Positions 27,101 through 42,100 of a stretch of DNA of 64,000 nucleotides are shown one piece after another. The position numbers were made by a program, and so were the translations under genes. Origin of the DNA: Paragordius varius (lineage: Eukaryota; Animalia; Nematomorpha); contig OZ176060.1 in assembly GCA_964247055.1 (NCBI GenBank), forward strand, positions 682,001-746,000, read 5' to 3'. Under the pieces are notes generated by a model that worked only from the letters and a program-made list of their open reading frames with translations, had not been told where the DNA came from and ran no database searches. Numbering within the stretch: the first letter of the stretch is position 1; each line of letters begins with the position of its first letter.

Positions 27101-30100
27101 CCAGGGATTTTAATTTTTTTATAAATTTTTAAAATTAATTTAAAATTAAAATGAATTGAATTTTTAATATTTTATTATTTAATTTTTAAATGTTTTTTAT
27201 TTAATTTTTAAAAATATTATATTTCCAAAAAAATTGAAAACGAAAAAAAATTGATATCCACTTATAAATTTATAATAAATATTAATAATTCAAAAAAATA
27301 TATTATTTTTTAAATTGTTTATTAATATATTTTTTTAAAAAAATTATTATATTAAAAAAATTTTAAAAATAAAAAATTAAAAAATTAAAAAAACGAATAA
27401 TTATACAATTTAATAAAATCAATTAATTTTAATTAAAAATAAAAAAAAACGTAAAAATTAAAAAAAGAAATAAAATAAATCAATAAATAATTTAAAAAAT
27501 ATATAATTTATATAATTTTGATTAAAAAATTAAAAAAAAATAATAAAATAAAAAAAATAAAAAAAATTCAAAATCCAAATCGGCAAATTGATTTTTTCTG
27601 GGAATTTCAATTAAAATATATTTTTTAAAATTAATTATTTTTATGAAATTAATATTTAATAAAAATAAATAAATTAATTTTATAAAATTATATGAAAAAT
27701 TAAAAAATATTTTTTAAAATTAATCAATTTTATGAAATTAATATTTAATAACAATAAATAAATTAATTTTATAAAATTATATAAAAAATCAAAATTATTT
27801 TTAATATACTTATTTTAAACAAATTTTTTTAAATAAAATTTTTTTTATTTAAAATATTTTTTAAATTATATAAATTTAAATAAAAAATAATATAAATAAA
27901 TATAATGTTTTTATATAAATTTTTTTTTTAAATAAATTAATTTTTTAGAGAAAACAAGAATTAATTTTTAAATAAAATATTTTTTTTCAATTTTAATTAA
28001 TTTATTTTGATTTAAAAATATATTCTTTAAATAATTATGAATAAATATTTAAACTTTTTTAATATTTTTTTATTAAATTAATATTTTTTTATATTAGAAA
28101 ATTAAAATGAATTAAATTATTACAAATAAAAAAATATAAATAAAAAATTATATTTTTTTTAATTTTTTTATTTAATTTTTATTTTTTAAAAAAATTATTT
28201 TTTTTAGAGAAAACAAGAATTAATTTTCAGTCAAACTCAAAAACCAGATTTTTCAAGAAAAAACCGAACGGAAAAAAGCGAAAATCAGCTGATCGGATCA
28301 GCTGGTGCTTCTCATCAAATTATTGTAAAATATTTAATTTATTTTATTTAATAATATTATTTTTAATTATAAAAATTATTTTGAAAAAACAAAATTAATT
28401 AAAAAATTTTTAATAATTTTTTGAAATAATTTTTTATTTAAAAATAATTTCTTTTTATTTTATTTAGAAATAAATTTATTTTTATTTAAAAATATTTTTT
28501 TTGGAAAAAAAATATTATTTATATTATTTTTTTATTAATAATATTGTTTGATTATTGTAAAATATTATTCATTTTTTAAAAAAAAATTAAATTAAATAAA
28601 TAAATTTTTTTTTAAGTTAAATAAAATAAACAATAATAATATTTTTTCTAAAACACTTCTTATTAAATTAATAAATGGTTTTTTTTATTAAATTTTTTAT
28701 TTAAAAAAATATGATTAATTTTAATTTTTCAAAAAAAATTTTTTTTTGGAAATAAATATTTAATTTTATTTTATTTAATAATAATATTATTAATTATAAA
28801 AATTATTTTGAAAAAATTTATCATATTTAACATAAAAAATTTATTAATTTTTTAATTTTTTAGAAAAAAAATTCGAAATATTTTTGATTAATTTTTTTAT
28901 TTTATTAAATAATTTGATGTTTATTTAAAAAAATAAAAAATATTTTTGATTAATTTTTTTATTTTTTTATAAAATTTTTTATTAAATTAAATTATCATAC
29001 CAATAACCTTGTTTTTTATTAAAATATTGGAAATATTATTTTTATTTAATTATTTTATTATTTAATTTAATAATTTTATTTTTATTTAATAAATAAATTT
29101 AAAAAAATAATTTTTATAAAAATATATTTTTTTTATAAATATTTACATAGTAAAATTTTTTTTTAAAAAATATATAAAATAATTTTAATAAATATTTTTT
29201 TATATTTATTTTAATTTAATAAAAAAAATTTATAAAAATATTATATTTTTAATATATAATGAGTTTAAAATATAATATTTAAATAAAAATTATTTTTTAA
29301 ATTTTTTGAATTCATTCATATAATTTTTAAATTAATATTTTTATTTATTAAAAAATATTTTATTTTGTTTTTATATTTATTGAATATTTTAAAATAATTA
29401 TATTTAAAAAATTAATTACAACCAAAATAAAATTATAATTAGTATCGATTTTAAAAAATAACAAAAATATTTTTATTATTTGAAAAAAATATTATTTTTT
29501 TAAATTTAAAATATTTAAATATTAATATTTATGTTTATTAATAAATATTTTTATTAAAATATAATATTTTAGATTTTCCTATCTTGATATTTATATTAAT
29601 TTAAAAATATTATTTTTATTTTAAATATATTATTATTTTTTTTATATTTTTAATTATTTTTAATTTCAAAGTCTCAAATCAAAAAGCAGAATTCTTCCCA
29701 CGTGACAGGAATTGGAAAAATTGATAAAAAGGGTTTTATTTTTTTATTTACTAAAATAAATAATGTTTATATTATATATTTTTTAAAAAATTTTAGAAAA
29801 ATTTAATATTATAATACTTTAATAAAATTTTAATTTTCTTTACTAAAATATTCTTAAATATTATTTTCAATTAAAATAAAAAAACATTTAATTTATTCAA
29901 TATTTATATTTATTTTAATATAAAATATATTTTTTATTTTCAATTTAAATATTTTTGTTTTAATATTAAAATTTTTAAAAAAAACATATAAATATTATTT
30001 TATTTTAATAATTTATTTTTGGAAATATTTTTTTATTTAAATAATTTAGTTATTTTTATCAAAAAATAATATTTATATTAATTAATAAAAATATCATATT

Positions 30101-33100
30101 TTTTATAAAAATAATTTTTTCATTTAAAAAAATTTTTTTATTAATATTTAATATATTTTTTAAAACATTTTATATTTTAAAAAAAAAATTTATTAATTAT
30201 TTAATATTTAATTATTTTATTAAATATTTAATTAAAATAAATATTTTTTTAAATAAATTTTTTAGATCAATCTCCAGGATATTTCGGAAATGATGGATTC
30301 TTATTTCATTCTGCAGTAGAAATTAATTTTTTTATTTTTTTTAATTTTTTATAAAAAAAAAAATGTAATATTTAATTTTTTATAATTTATAAATTTTATT
30401 TATATTTTTTGAAATATATTATAAAAAATTTTAAAAAAAATTACAAAAAAATTTATTTATTTTTTTATTAACTTTTTTTAATTATTATAAAAAATATTAA
30501 AATAAATTAAAAAAATAGTTATTTATAATTTTTTTAATTCTTTTAAAATATATATAAAAAATATTAATATAAATTAAAAAAAATATAATTATATTTTTAT
30601 TATTTTTTTATAATTCTTTCTTTTATTATTTTTGTAAAAATATAATTTTAATATTTAAAAAAATATATTTTATTTTTATAAAAAAAATATGAAAAATTTT
30701 TTATGACAAAATACAAAAAATTTTGAAAATAATATTATTACAAATTTTTTTTTAAAAAAATATAATATTAGTTTTTTATTTTTTTTATTTTTTTTAAAAA
30801 AAAATATTTTTTAATTATTTAAAATTTTCACACTATGAACAACAACAGCTGATTTATTAAAAAAAATTTAAAATATATTATAAATTTTTTATAAAATATA
30901 CAATTTTATATTTTATTAAAAAAAATATCTTTTTTTATAAAAATTTTTTAAAATATTTTTTAATTATATTTATAAAAATAATAAATTTTTATTATATTTT
31001 TTAATTTTTTTAAATCTTTTTTTATTTTTAAAAGAAAGTTTTTTTTTAATTTTTATTTTTGAAATTATTTTTTTTTAGAAAAATATTTTATTTTTATAGT
31101 TTTCCCATTATGAAACGACAACAGCTGATATTTATGGATCAGGTGATTCAAATCTTTACCGAATCGATAAAAGTGCTCATCAGCAGATTTCTAATTTAGA
31201 AAAATCTCAAAAAAAGTTATTTTTTAATTTTTAAAAAAAAAATATTTTTTAATTTTAAAAATATTTTAAATAAAAAAAATAATTAATATAATTTATTTTT
31301 ATATTGTTAATAAATTTATTAATAAAAAAATAATTTAATATTTAATATATTTTTATATAAAAATAAAAAAATAAAAAAATAAAAAAAAAGTGCTCATCAA
31401 CAGATTTCTAATCTAGAAAAATCTCAGAAAAAGTATTCATATTTAAATATTAAATATTTTTTAATTTTTTTTTTAAAAAATATAAAATATATTTTTTTAT
31501 TTAAAAATATTTTTGAATTTTGAAAAAATTTTAAATAAAAAAAATAATTAATATAATTTATTTTTATATTATCAAATTTATAGATAAATATTTAATATAT
31601 TTTTATTTTTTGTTTTTTTATGTTATTTTTAGAAATTTTACTAATATTAATTTTATTCATATAAACATTTAATATATTTATAAAGTAATTTTAAAATAAA
31701 AATAAATAAGAATATATAGTTAAAAAAATAAAAAAAAAGTTATTAAAAAAATAAAAAATCTAAAAATTAAAAAATAAGAAAAATTTTTATTTTTATTAAT
31801 TTATTTTAAAATTAATCAATTTAAAAAACAGCTGATTTTATAATAAAAAAAATTTTATTTTTAGCATTTCAGTAAAAAAAATTCAGGGGAAATAAAAAAA
31901 TCAAAAATTAAAAAATAAAAAAAAATCAAAAAAACAAAAATCAAAAAAAATTTTAGAAAATAAAAGAAAAATAAAAAAAAATTCTATAAAAATAAAAAAA
32001 ATAAAAAAAAAAATAAAATCAGCTGATTTTTTATTTAATTTTTAGCATTTCAGTTAAAATAATTCCTGGGATTTAATTATTTTATTTAATTTAAAAAAAA
32101 AATAAAAAAATAAATTAACAAAATAAAAAAATTAAAATTAATTTTACCGAATTGCTAAAAGTTTACATCAGCTGATTTTCTATTTTTTACTATCTCAGTA
32201 AAAATAACTAATTTTTTATTATATTTTAAAAAAAATAAATTAAGAAAAATTTATAAAAAAATTATATAAATTTAAAAATAAAATAAATAAATTTTTTTAT
32301 TTTTTGTTATTTAATTTTTTTATAAACAGCTAATTTTTCAATAAAATTTATTTATTTTTAGCATTTCAGTAAAAATAATTCCTGAAATTTCCTTATTATT
32401 TATTTAAAAAGATTAAATGAAAATAAAAAATAAAAAAAAAAATTTATTTTCAATTATTTTATATATTTTCATAATTTTTTTTAAAAATTTAATAAAAATA
32501 AAAATTAAAAAAAATAAAAATTTAATATCAGCTGATTTTATATTTTAGCATTTCTGTAAAAATATTCCTGGAATTTTTTATTATTTTTTTTTTAAATTTA
32601 AAAAAAATATAAAAAACATATTAAAATTATAAAATCAAATTATAAAAAAATTTAAAATTTAAAAAATAAAAAAATTAAAAAAATTAAATAAAATAAAAAA
32701 ATTAAAAAAATTAAATAAAATAAAAAATTGAAAAAATTTATTTTTCATTATTTTATATATTTTCATAATTTTTTTAAAAAATTTATTTTAAAAATAAAAA
32801 TTTAAAAAAATAAAATTAAATAATTGAATATTTTAAAATCTATAAAACATCAGCTGATTTTTTTAGTTAAGATTTTAATGTTAATTTTAAAAAATCAAAA
32901 ACATAAAAAATTTTATAAAAAATTAAAAAAATATAAAATTAAATAATTAAATAATTTAATAAATTTAAAAAAACAACTGATGTTTTGTATTATATTTTTA
33001 ATGTTAATTTTATAAAATTTAAAAAAAATTTAATAAAAAAAATAAAAATTTAATATCAGCTGATTTTATATTTTTAGCATTTCTGTAAAAATAATTCCTG

Positions 33101-36100
33101 GGAAATTAATAAATTAAAAAAATTAAAAAATATTAAAATTATAAAAAAAATATTTTTTTAAAAAATTAAATAATTTAAATAATAAAATCAAATGTATATT
33201 TTAATATTTTTTGTTACTATTTTTATAGTTTTTTTAAAATTTAAAAAAAAATTTATAAAAAAAAATTATAAAAAAATAAAAATTTAATATCAGCTGATTT
33301 TATATTTTTAACATTCCTGTAAAAATAATTGCTGGAATTTTTTTTTTTTTAAAAAATATTAAAAAATTAAATAAAAATTTTTTTATTTTTTTATTAATAA
33401 ATTTTTTTATAAAAAACAGCTGAGTTTTTATTTAAAAAATTTATTTTTAGCATTTCAGTAAAAATAATTCCTGGGATATTAATATATTAAAAAAATAAAA
33501 AAAATTAAAAAAAATATTTTTTTAAAAAAATTAAATATAATTTTTATAAAAAAAAATTAAAAAAAAAATAAAATTAAATAATTAAATAAATTTAAATCTA
33601 TAAAACATCAGCTGATGTTTTTTATTATATTTTTAATGTTAATTTTTTAATTTTTTTTAAAAAATATATTAAAAAATTAAATAAAAAAAAATATTTTTTA
33701 AAAATTTATTTAATAAATTTCAAAAAAACAGCTGATTTATAATTAAAATTTAATATCACCTGATTTTTTATTTAAAAAATATTTTAATAGCATTTCCGTA
33801 AAAATAATTCCTGGAATTTTCGTAAATCATTCTCAAGACGTTTATGGCATTGATGGAAGGAGAAGGCTGGATCAGCTGTTCCCATCAGCTGATTCGGAAA
33901 AAGTCCTATCATATGTGAACCGAACATCAAAAAGTATGCGAAACAGCTGATATTTTAAAAATTGGATATTTTTTATTAAAGCAATTAATATTTTTATTTG
34001 ATTTATATTTTTACTTTGGTTAATATTTATATATTTAATTATTTTTATAGAATAAATATATTTTGTAAAAAATTTATATTTTTTGCATGTTAACCGAACA
34101 TTAAAAAGTAGGCGTGATTATATTTTAAAATATATAAATATTTTTTTAAATATCAAAATAATACATTTCAAAGCAATTATAAATATTTATATTTAGTTTA
34201 TGTATCTAAATTTTGGTAAATATTTAAATATATTTAATTTTATTTTTTATAGAAAAAATATTTTTTTAAAAAAATTTATATTTTTTAAATGTTACCCGAA
34301 CATCCAAAAGTATGCAAAACAGCTGATACATTAAAATTTTTAATAATAATTTTTGGTTTTAAAATAATTTGAAGCAATATATTTATATTAAATTTAATTA
34401 TTTTATTTTTAAATTTTATTTAAAAATCATAATTTTTTATTTTTACATGTTAACCGAATACAACAGCTGATATATGGAAAATATATTAAAATTTTTTTAA
34501 AAATTATAACTGTTATTTAAAGGATTTATATATATTTATATTAAGTTTATGTTTCTAAATTTTGGTTAATATTAATATATTTTATTTTAATTTTTCGATA
34601 AAAATAATTTTTAGTCCGTAAAATATATATTCTTAATCACATGGTAACCGAACTTAAATGGGTTTAAAAAAACAGTTGTTTTTTCCAATGATTTTTCGAA
34701 TAAATATATTTTATAAAATTTTAATTATACAATTAATTTTTTTATAATTTTATTATTTTTAATTTTTAAATTTATTAATTTTGAAAAAAAATATTATAAA
34801 GATTATTAAATTATAATTATTATTTATTTTTTATATATTAAAGATATTTAATTTAAAAAAATTGTTTTTATTAATAAGAATAAACATTATTTTAAATAAT
34901 ATTTAAATATTATTATATAAAAAATTTATTTTTAAATTTTATATTAATTATAATATTTTAACCTGATTTTTTATAAAAATAAAGAAAATATATATCTAAT
35001 AAATTTTTAATTAATTTGTATATTCAAATATTATAATTTTTATTTAAAAAATTATATTTTAAAATTATTTATTATTTAATAAATATTTATTTTATTTATT
35101 TTTTAAATATTATTAAAAACAGCTGGTAATAATTCTCAGCTGATTGGGGATTATGATATAATCGATAAATTTAATGAAGTCGAAACAGCTGTTCCCATCT
35201 TTATTGACCGGACTGAGAAAGGTTAAAATAAAAAAAATGATTTTTTTATTTTTTATATTTTTAATAAATTTTTTTTTTTTAATTTTTTAATAATTTTATA
35301 AACATATAAAAAAATATTATATTTTTTGAAAAAATATTATTTTATTTAAATTTTTATAGTATTATTCATATTTTTAATAATATTTTGAATTTTATTTACA
35401 TTTTTATATTAAAATTTATCAGTTTTATGAATTTTATTTTTTTATTCTATTAATTATTTTATATAAATTTATTAATAATAATTTTATTTATATTTAGAAT
35501 TTTTTTATATTTTTTATGCAAATTAAATTATTTATATAATTTTTTATATAATATTTTTAAAAAAATATTTAAAATTATTTTATTAATTTTATTTATTAAA
35601 AAAATTATTTTTTTTGTTATTTTTATCATTATATATTTTATTTATATTTAATTATAAAAAATCTTAATTTTATCTATATTAAATATTTATTTTTATTATA
35701 ATGTTTATTTTATTAATAGAATAAATATTATTTTCAATAAAATAATTTTTTAAAAAAAAATTTTAATATATTATTAAATTTTTAATTATTATTATTTAAT
35801 ATTTTGAATTAATTTAGTTAATATTTTTAAAACAGCTGATAATCAGGTGATCGGCGAAAATAACAAGGTTGACTTAACTGGAAAAGGTCATTAATTTAAA
35901 AACTAAATTAATATATTTTATTAAAAAAAATATAAATATAAAAATATTAATATATTTTAAATTTATATGATTTAAAATTTAATATTAATATATAAAAATA
36001 TCACTAAAAACTTTGAAATTTCAAAAATTATAAAAATTATAGATTTATTTTAATATATTATTATTTTTTTTTCATTAATATTTTTTAAACTATTTTATAT

Positions 36101-39100
36101 TTTAGAGCAAAATTTAAATAATAAATGTTCAGTATTTATTATACATATAGAAAAAAAATTAATATATACTAAAAGTTTTTTGATTATTTATTAAAATTTT
36201 TTTTAATAAAATTCAAATAAAATTAATTATATTTAAATAATAATATATTATTTATTAAATACAAATCTTTTATTAAATATTTAATTTATTTTAAATTCTT
36301 AAAAATATATGTTTATTAATTAAATTAATATTTTTATTTTTAAAATTAATTATTTTATATTTTTTAAAATTATTATTATCATATAATAAAAAACTAAAAT
36401 ATATTAAAAAATTTTATTATAAAAAATTAATTAATTATATTTATTTAAAATATTATAAAAAAATATAATTATTAAATAATTTTAAATTTTTTATAAAAAT
36501 AATATTTTTTAAATCAGCTGAGCAAAATTTGATTAGTGGAGGGAAACATATGGAAATACAAACGGAAAAAAGTTTTTAATTTTTTTTAAATTTAATATTT
36601 TTAATATTTTTTAATATATTTTTTTTAATTTTTTTATTTATTTATTTTTTTATTTTTATTTTTTATAAATTTTTTAATATTTTTTTTTATATTTTTTATT
36701 AATATTTTTTTCATTTATTTTTTTTACATTTTAATTTTTTTTAATATTTTTTTGATTTTTGAATTTTTAATTTATTATTTTTAATTTCTTTATATATATT
36801 TTTATTTAATTATTATTTTATATTTTATTTTCTTATTTTTTTGATTAATTTATTTAATTTAAATTTTTTTATTTTATTTTATATTTTATTTTTTTTTTAT
36901 TTTTTTAATTTATTTTATTTTTAATTTTTTTTATTTTTTAATATTTTTTTTTATATTTTTTTTTATTTCTTTATATTTATTTTATTTTAATTTTAAAATG
37001 TTTATATTTTTTTTAATTTTATTTTTTTAATATTTTTTTATTTTTTAATTTTTTATTTTTTTATTTTTATTTTTTTTATTTATTTATTATTTTATTTTTA
37101 TTTTTTATAAATTTTTTAATATTTTTTTTTATATTTTTTATTAATATTTTTTTCATTTATTTTTTTTACATTTTTTTTAATATTTTTTTGATTTTTGATT
37201 TTTTAATTTATTATTTTTAATTTCTTTATATATATTTTTATTTAATTATTATTTTATATTTTATTTTCTTATTTTTTTGATTAATTTATTTAATTTAAAT
37301 TTTTTTATTTTATTTTATATTTTTTTTTTTTTTATTTTTTTAATTTATTTTATTTTTAATTTTTTTTATTTTTTAATATTTTTTTTTATATTTTTTTTTA
37401 TTTCTTTATATTTATTTTATTTTAATTTTAAAATGTTTATATTTTTTTTAATTTTATTTTTTTAATATTTTTTTATTTTCATTTTTTTAATTATTTTTTT
37501 TATTTTTATATTTTTTTATTTATTATTTTTATTTTTTTTATCTTTTAATTTAATTGAATTTTTTATTTTTTTATTTGATGTTTATGTATTTTTTAATTTT
37601 TTTTAATATTTTTAATATTTTTATTTTAAATTTTTTTTGTTTTATTTTTAATTTGTTTTTAATATTTAATTTTAACTTTTAATTATTAATTTTATTAGGT
37701 TTTTATATTTGAATATTTTAAATTTTTTAATAATTTAATTATTTATTTTTTTTTTAAATTCATTTTCTATTCAGTTTAAATAATATTTTTTTTTTATTTT
37801 TTTAATTTATTTTGAAATATTTTATTTAATTAATTTTAATTTTATTATTTATTTTTATTTTAATTTTTTTATTATCACAATTTACTTAAATAATATTAAA
37901 TAATTATTCTATATAAAATAATTAATAATTGATTTTCTTTATTTATAATTATTTTTAATTATATATATTTTTTTATATTTATTTTAATGAATTTTAATTT
38001 ATGAATGTTTGAATTTTTCTAATATATTTATTTTTATTTTTTAATAAATTTTTTATTTTTTTTTAATTAATATAATCAAAAAAATTTTTTTTTTAATTTT
38101 CAAACATATGACAAAAATTAATTTTTTTAATTGTTTTTTAATTTTTATTATTTTTATATTTTTTTATTTATTTTTTTTATTTCCATTATTTTATATTTAT
38201 CTTTAATAAAATTTTTATTTTAATTTTTCTAATTATTATTTATTTTAAATTTTTTAATTTTTTTAATTTTTTTATTTTTTTTTAATTTTTTTATTTTTAT
38301 TTTATTTTTTATTATTTTTTTATTTTTTATTTTTTTTATTTTTCATTTTTTTAAAATTTAATATTTTTTATTTTATTTTTATATTTTTTTATTTTTTTTT
38401 AATATTTTTGTTTATTCTTTTATTAAATTTTTATTTTTAAAATATAAATAAATTTTATTTTTTTTTAACTTTTTAATATTTTTTTTTATATTATTTTTAT
38501 TTTTTAATTTTTTTTATTTTATATTCTTTAAATATTTTTTTTAATTTTTATTTTTATTTTTTATTTTTAATTTTTATAGTTCAATCAGAAAAAAGCACAA
38601 TTCCATTTAATTTTTGGAAAGAAACAGCTGATATTGGAAAAGATATTAAAACAGATGTTTTAAAAGTATTTTTTATATTTTATTTTAATATTTTTTTTCA
38701 AAATTATTAAATTTATATATTTTATATATATTACATTTATTTAATTTTTATTTTATACTTTAATTATTTTTAGAAAACAGCTGATATTAATATATTAAAA
38801 CAGATGTTTTAAAAGTTAATTTTTTATTTTATTTATTTTTGTTTTAAATTTAATTATTTTAATTATATTATAAATATTTTAATTATATTATAAATATTTC
38901 AATTCCATTTTAATTCAATATTAAAAAATTTTATTTTTTTATTATAATAATTTATTATTTTATTTATTAACAAATTTATATTTTTTAATATATTAATTTA
39001 TTTTAATTATTTTTATTATAATTTATTTTTTTTAATATTATATATTTTATTATTTTTTAAAACATTTATGAAAAAGCAGCTGATGTTAAAAAAACAGCTG

Positions 39101-42100
39101 ATATTGAAAAAAAAGTTAATTTTTTATTTTATTATAAAATTATAATTTTATATATTTTTATTTTAATAATTTATTATTTAATTTCTTTTAAAATTATTGA
39201 ATTTATATAATTTGAATAATTAATAATTTTTAAAAAAATTATTTTATTTTAAATTTTTTAAACATACTGATATTAGAAAATTTAAAATTTCAAATTAAAT
39301 TTTATTTTTAAAAATAATTAATTTTTTTAAATATATTTCTTAAAAAAATATTAATTTTAGATAATTAACTTCTATTTTTTAATATTTTTATAAATTATTT
39401 TTTTAAATCAGCTGATCGAAAGAAATATTACAGACGATTATGAACCGAAAACCCCAGAATTTTCAAAAGGTATTTTATTAAAAAAAATATTTTTTTTATA
39501 AATTAAATAATTTTAAAAAATAATATTAAAAATAATTTATTTAATAATTTACTATTAAAAAAAAATTAAATTATAAAAAAATTTAAAAATTATAAATTTT
39601 TTAAAAAATTATTTTATATTTGAGCAAAATTTAAATAATAAATTATTAATATCCTTAATATATATATATATATATATATATATTAATTTAAAATATTATT
39701 TTTTAACAAATTAATTTATACTTATATAAAAAATTTTAATATTTTATTAAAGAGTTTATAAAATAAAATTAAAAATTAATCAATTATAATTAAATAAAAA
39801 TATTGTTATCTTATTAAATACAAATCTTTTATTAAATATATTTAATTTATTTTGATTTTTTTTAAATAAGTTTTTAATTTAAATAATATTTTTATGTTTA
39901 AAATTAATTATTTAATATTTTTTAAAATTATTATTATCATATATAATGAAAAAAAATATATTAAAATATTTAAAATATGATTAATTTAATTAATTCTATT
40001 TATTTCATAATTATTAATAAATATAATTATTAATAAATATTTTATTTATAATAATTTTAAATAAATTTTTCTTTTTTATAAAACAATCAGCTGAGCAATA
40101 TTTAATCAGTGGAGGGAAACATATGGAAAAACAAACAGAAAAAAGTTTTTTAAATTTTTATTTTTTTTAATATTTTTTTTAAATTTTTTATATTTTTAAT
40201 TTTTTATTTATTTAATATTTTTTCATTTATTTTTAAATTTAATATTTATTTAATATTTTATTTTTTTTTAAATTTAATATTTTTTTTATATTTTTTTATA
40301 TTTATTGTTTTTTTTTATTTTAATTTTTTTAATTATTTTTTTTTATAATTTTTTTATATTTTTTAATTAATTTTTTTATTTTTTTTTTAATTTATATTTT
40401 TTTATATTTTTTTTATATTTTTTTAATTTTAGTTTTTTTTTAATTTTTTTTCATTTTATTTATGTTATTTATATATATTATTATTTTAATTAATTGTTAT
40501 TTTTTTATTTTTAATTATTTAATTTATGTTAATTAAAATTTAATTTTTTTTTAAATTTTTATTTTTTTATTTTTTTATTTTTATCATGTGTTAATTTTTT
40601 TTATATTTTTATCTATATAATATTAATTTTTTTAGTTTATATTTATATGTTTTATTTTTTTAATTAATTTATTTTTATATTTTTTTATTTTTTTATATTT
40701 TATTGTTTTTTATTTTTATCTATATAATTTTGATTTTTTTATATTTTTATATTTATTTTTTTTAATTAATTTATTTATCTTTTATTTTATTTATATAATT
40801 TTATAATAGAAAATCTTTTACATTTATTATATCAATATATTGCATTTTATTTTTTAATCTTAATTTTTTTATCATTATTAATTATTATTTTTTTTTAATA
40901 TTTTAATATTTATTTTATTTTTTTATAATATATATTTTATTTTTGATTTTTTCTTTACTTTTTATTTTTAAAATATTTTGTTCTTTTATTATATTCATTA
41001 ATTTTTTAATATTTTTTTTTAAATTTTTTATAATTTTTTGATTTTTTTTATATTTTTATTTTTATTTTTTTATTTTAATTTTTAATACATTTTTTTTATT
41101 TTTATTTTTTTTAATTGAATTTATTTTTTATTTTTTTTTATTTTTATATTTTTTATTTTTTTTAATTGATTTATTTATTTTTTATTTTTTTTTATTTTTT
41201 TTTAAATTTTTTATATTTTTTTGATTTTTTTTATATTTTTATTTTTTTAATTTTTTTTTAATTTAATTTTTTTTTATTATAATAATTAGTTCAACCAGAA
41301 AAAAGCACAACTCCATTTAATTTTTGGAAAGAAACAGCTGATATTGGAAAAGACATTAAAACAGATGTTTTAAAAGTTATTTTTATATTTTAAATTTTTT
41401 AAATTTTAATATTTTATATATTAGTATATTATTATAATTTATTATAAAATTATTAAATTTATATATTTTTTTTCTAAGCAAATTTTTAATAATTATTTTT
41501 ACTATTCGTAAAAACAGCTGATATTGGAAAAGACATTAAAACAGATGTTAGTATTTTTTTATTTTATTTCAAAATTCAAATTAATAAATTTTATATTTTA
41601 AAATCATTAAAATTAATTATATTAATTGCATTATTTTTATTTTAATTTTTATTTTAATTTTTAAAAAAATTAATAATATAAAAAATGATAATAATTTTCA
41701 AGGAACAGCTGATATTAAATTAATAAATTGGATAAATTTATATTTTAATATTTTAAAATTATTAAATTTATTAATATTTAATAAAAATAATTTTATTTTT
41801 TTCTTAATTTAAATTTTTTAATATTGATAATTTTATTAAATTTTTTAAAACATTTTTTTAAAAAATCAGCCGATATTAAAAATATAGATGTTTTGAAAGT
41901 TTATTTTTTTAGGTTATTTTAAAATTATTAAATTTATATATATTATAAATATTTATTAATTTATTATTTAATTTTTTTATAAAAATAAATTATTTTATAT
42001 AATTGAATATTATATATTTTTAAATATAATTTATCAATTAAAATTTTTAATTATTATTTTAATTAGTATTTCTCTTGATTTTTTAATATTTTAATTTTTA

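Noticed and set aside
37277-37465. 62-aa Phe/Ile/Leu-rich ORF resembling a membrane or mitochondrial protein
   Set aside because: It is T-rich duplicated intron sequence. T-runs simply lack stop codons, and there is no G/C-containing codon signal.
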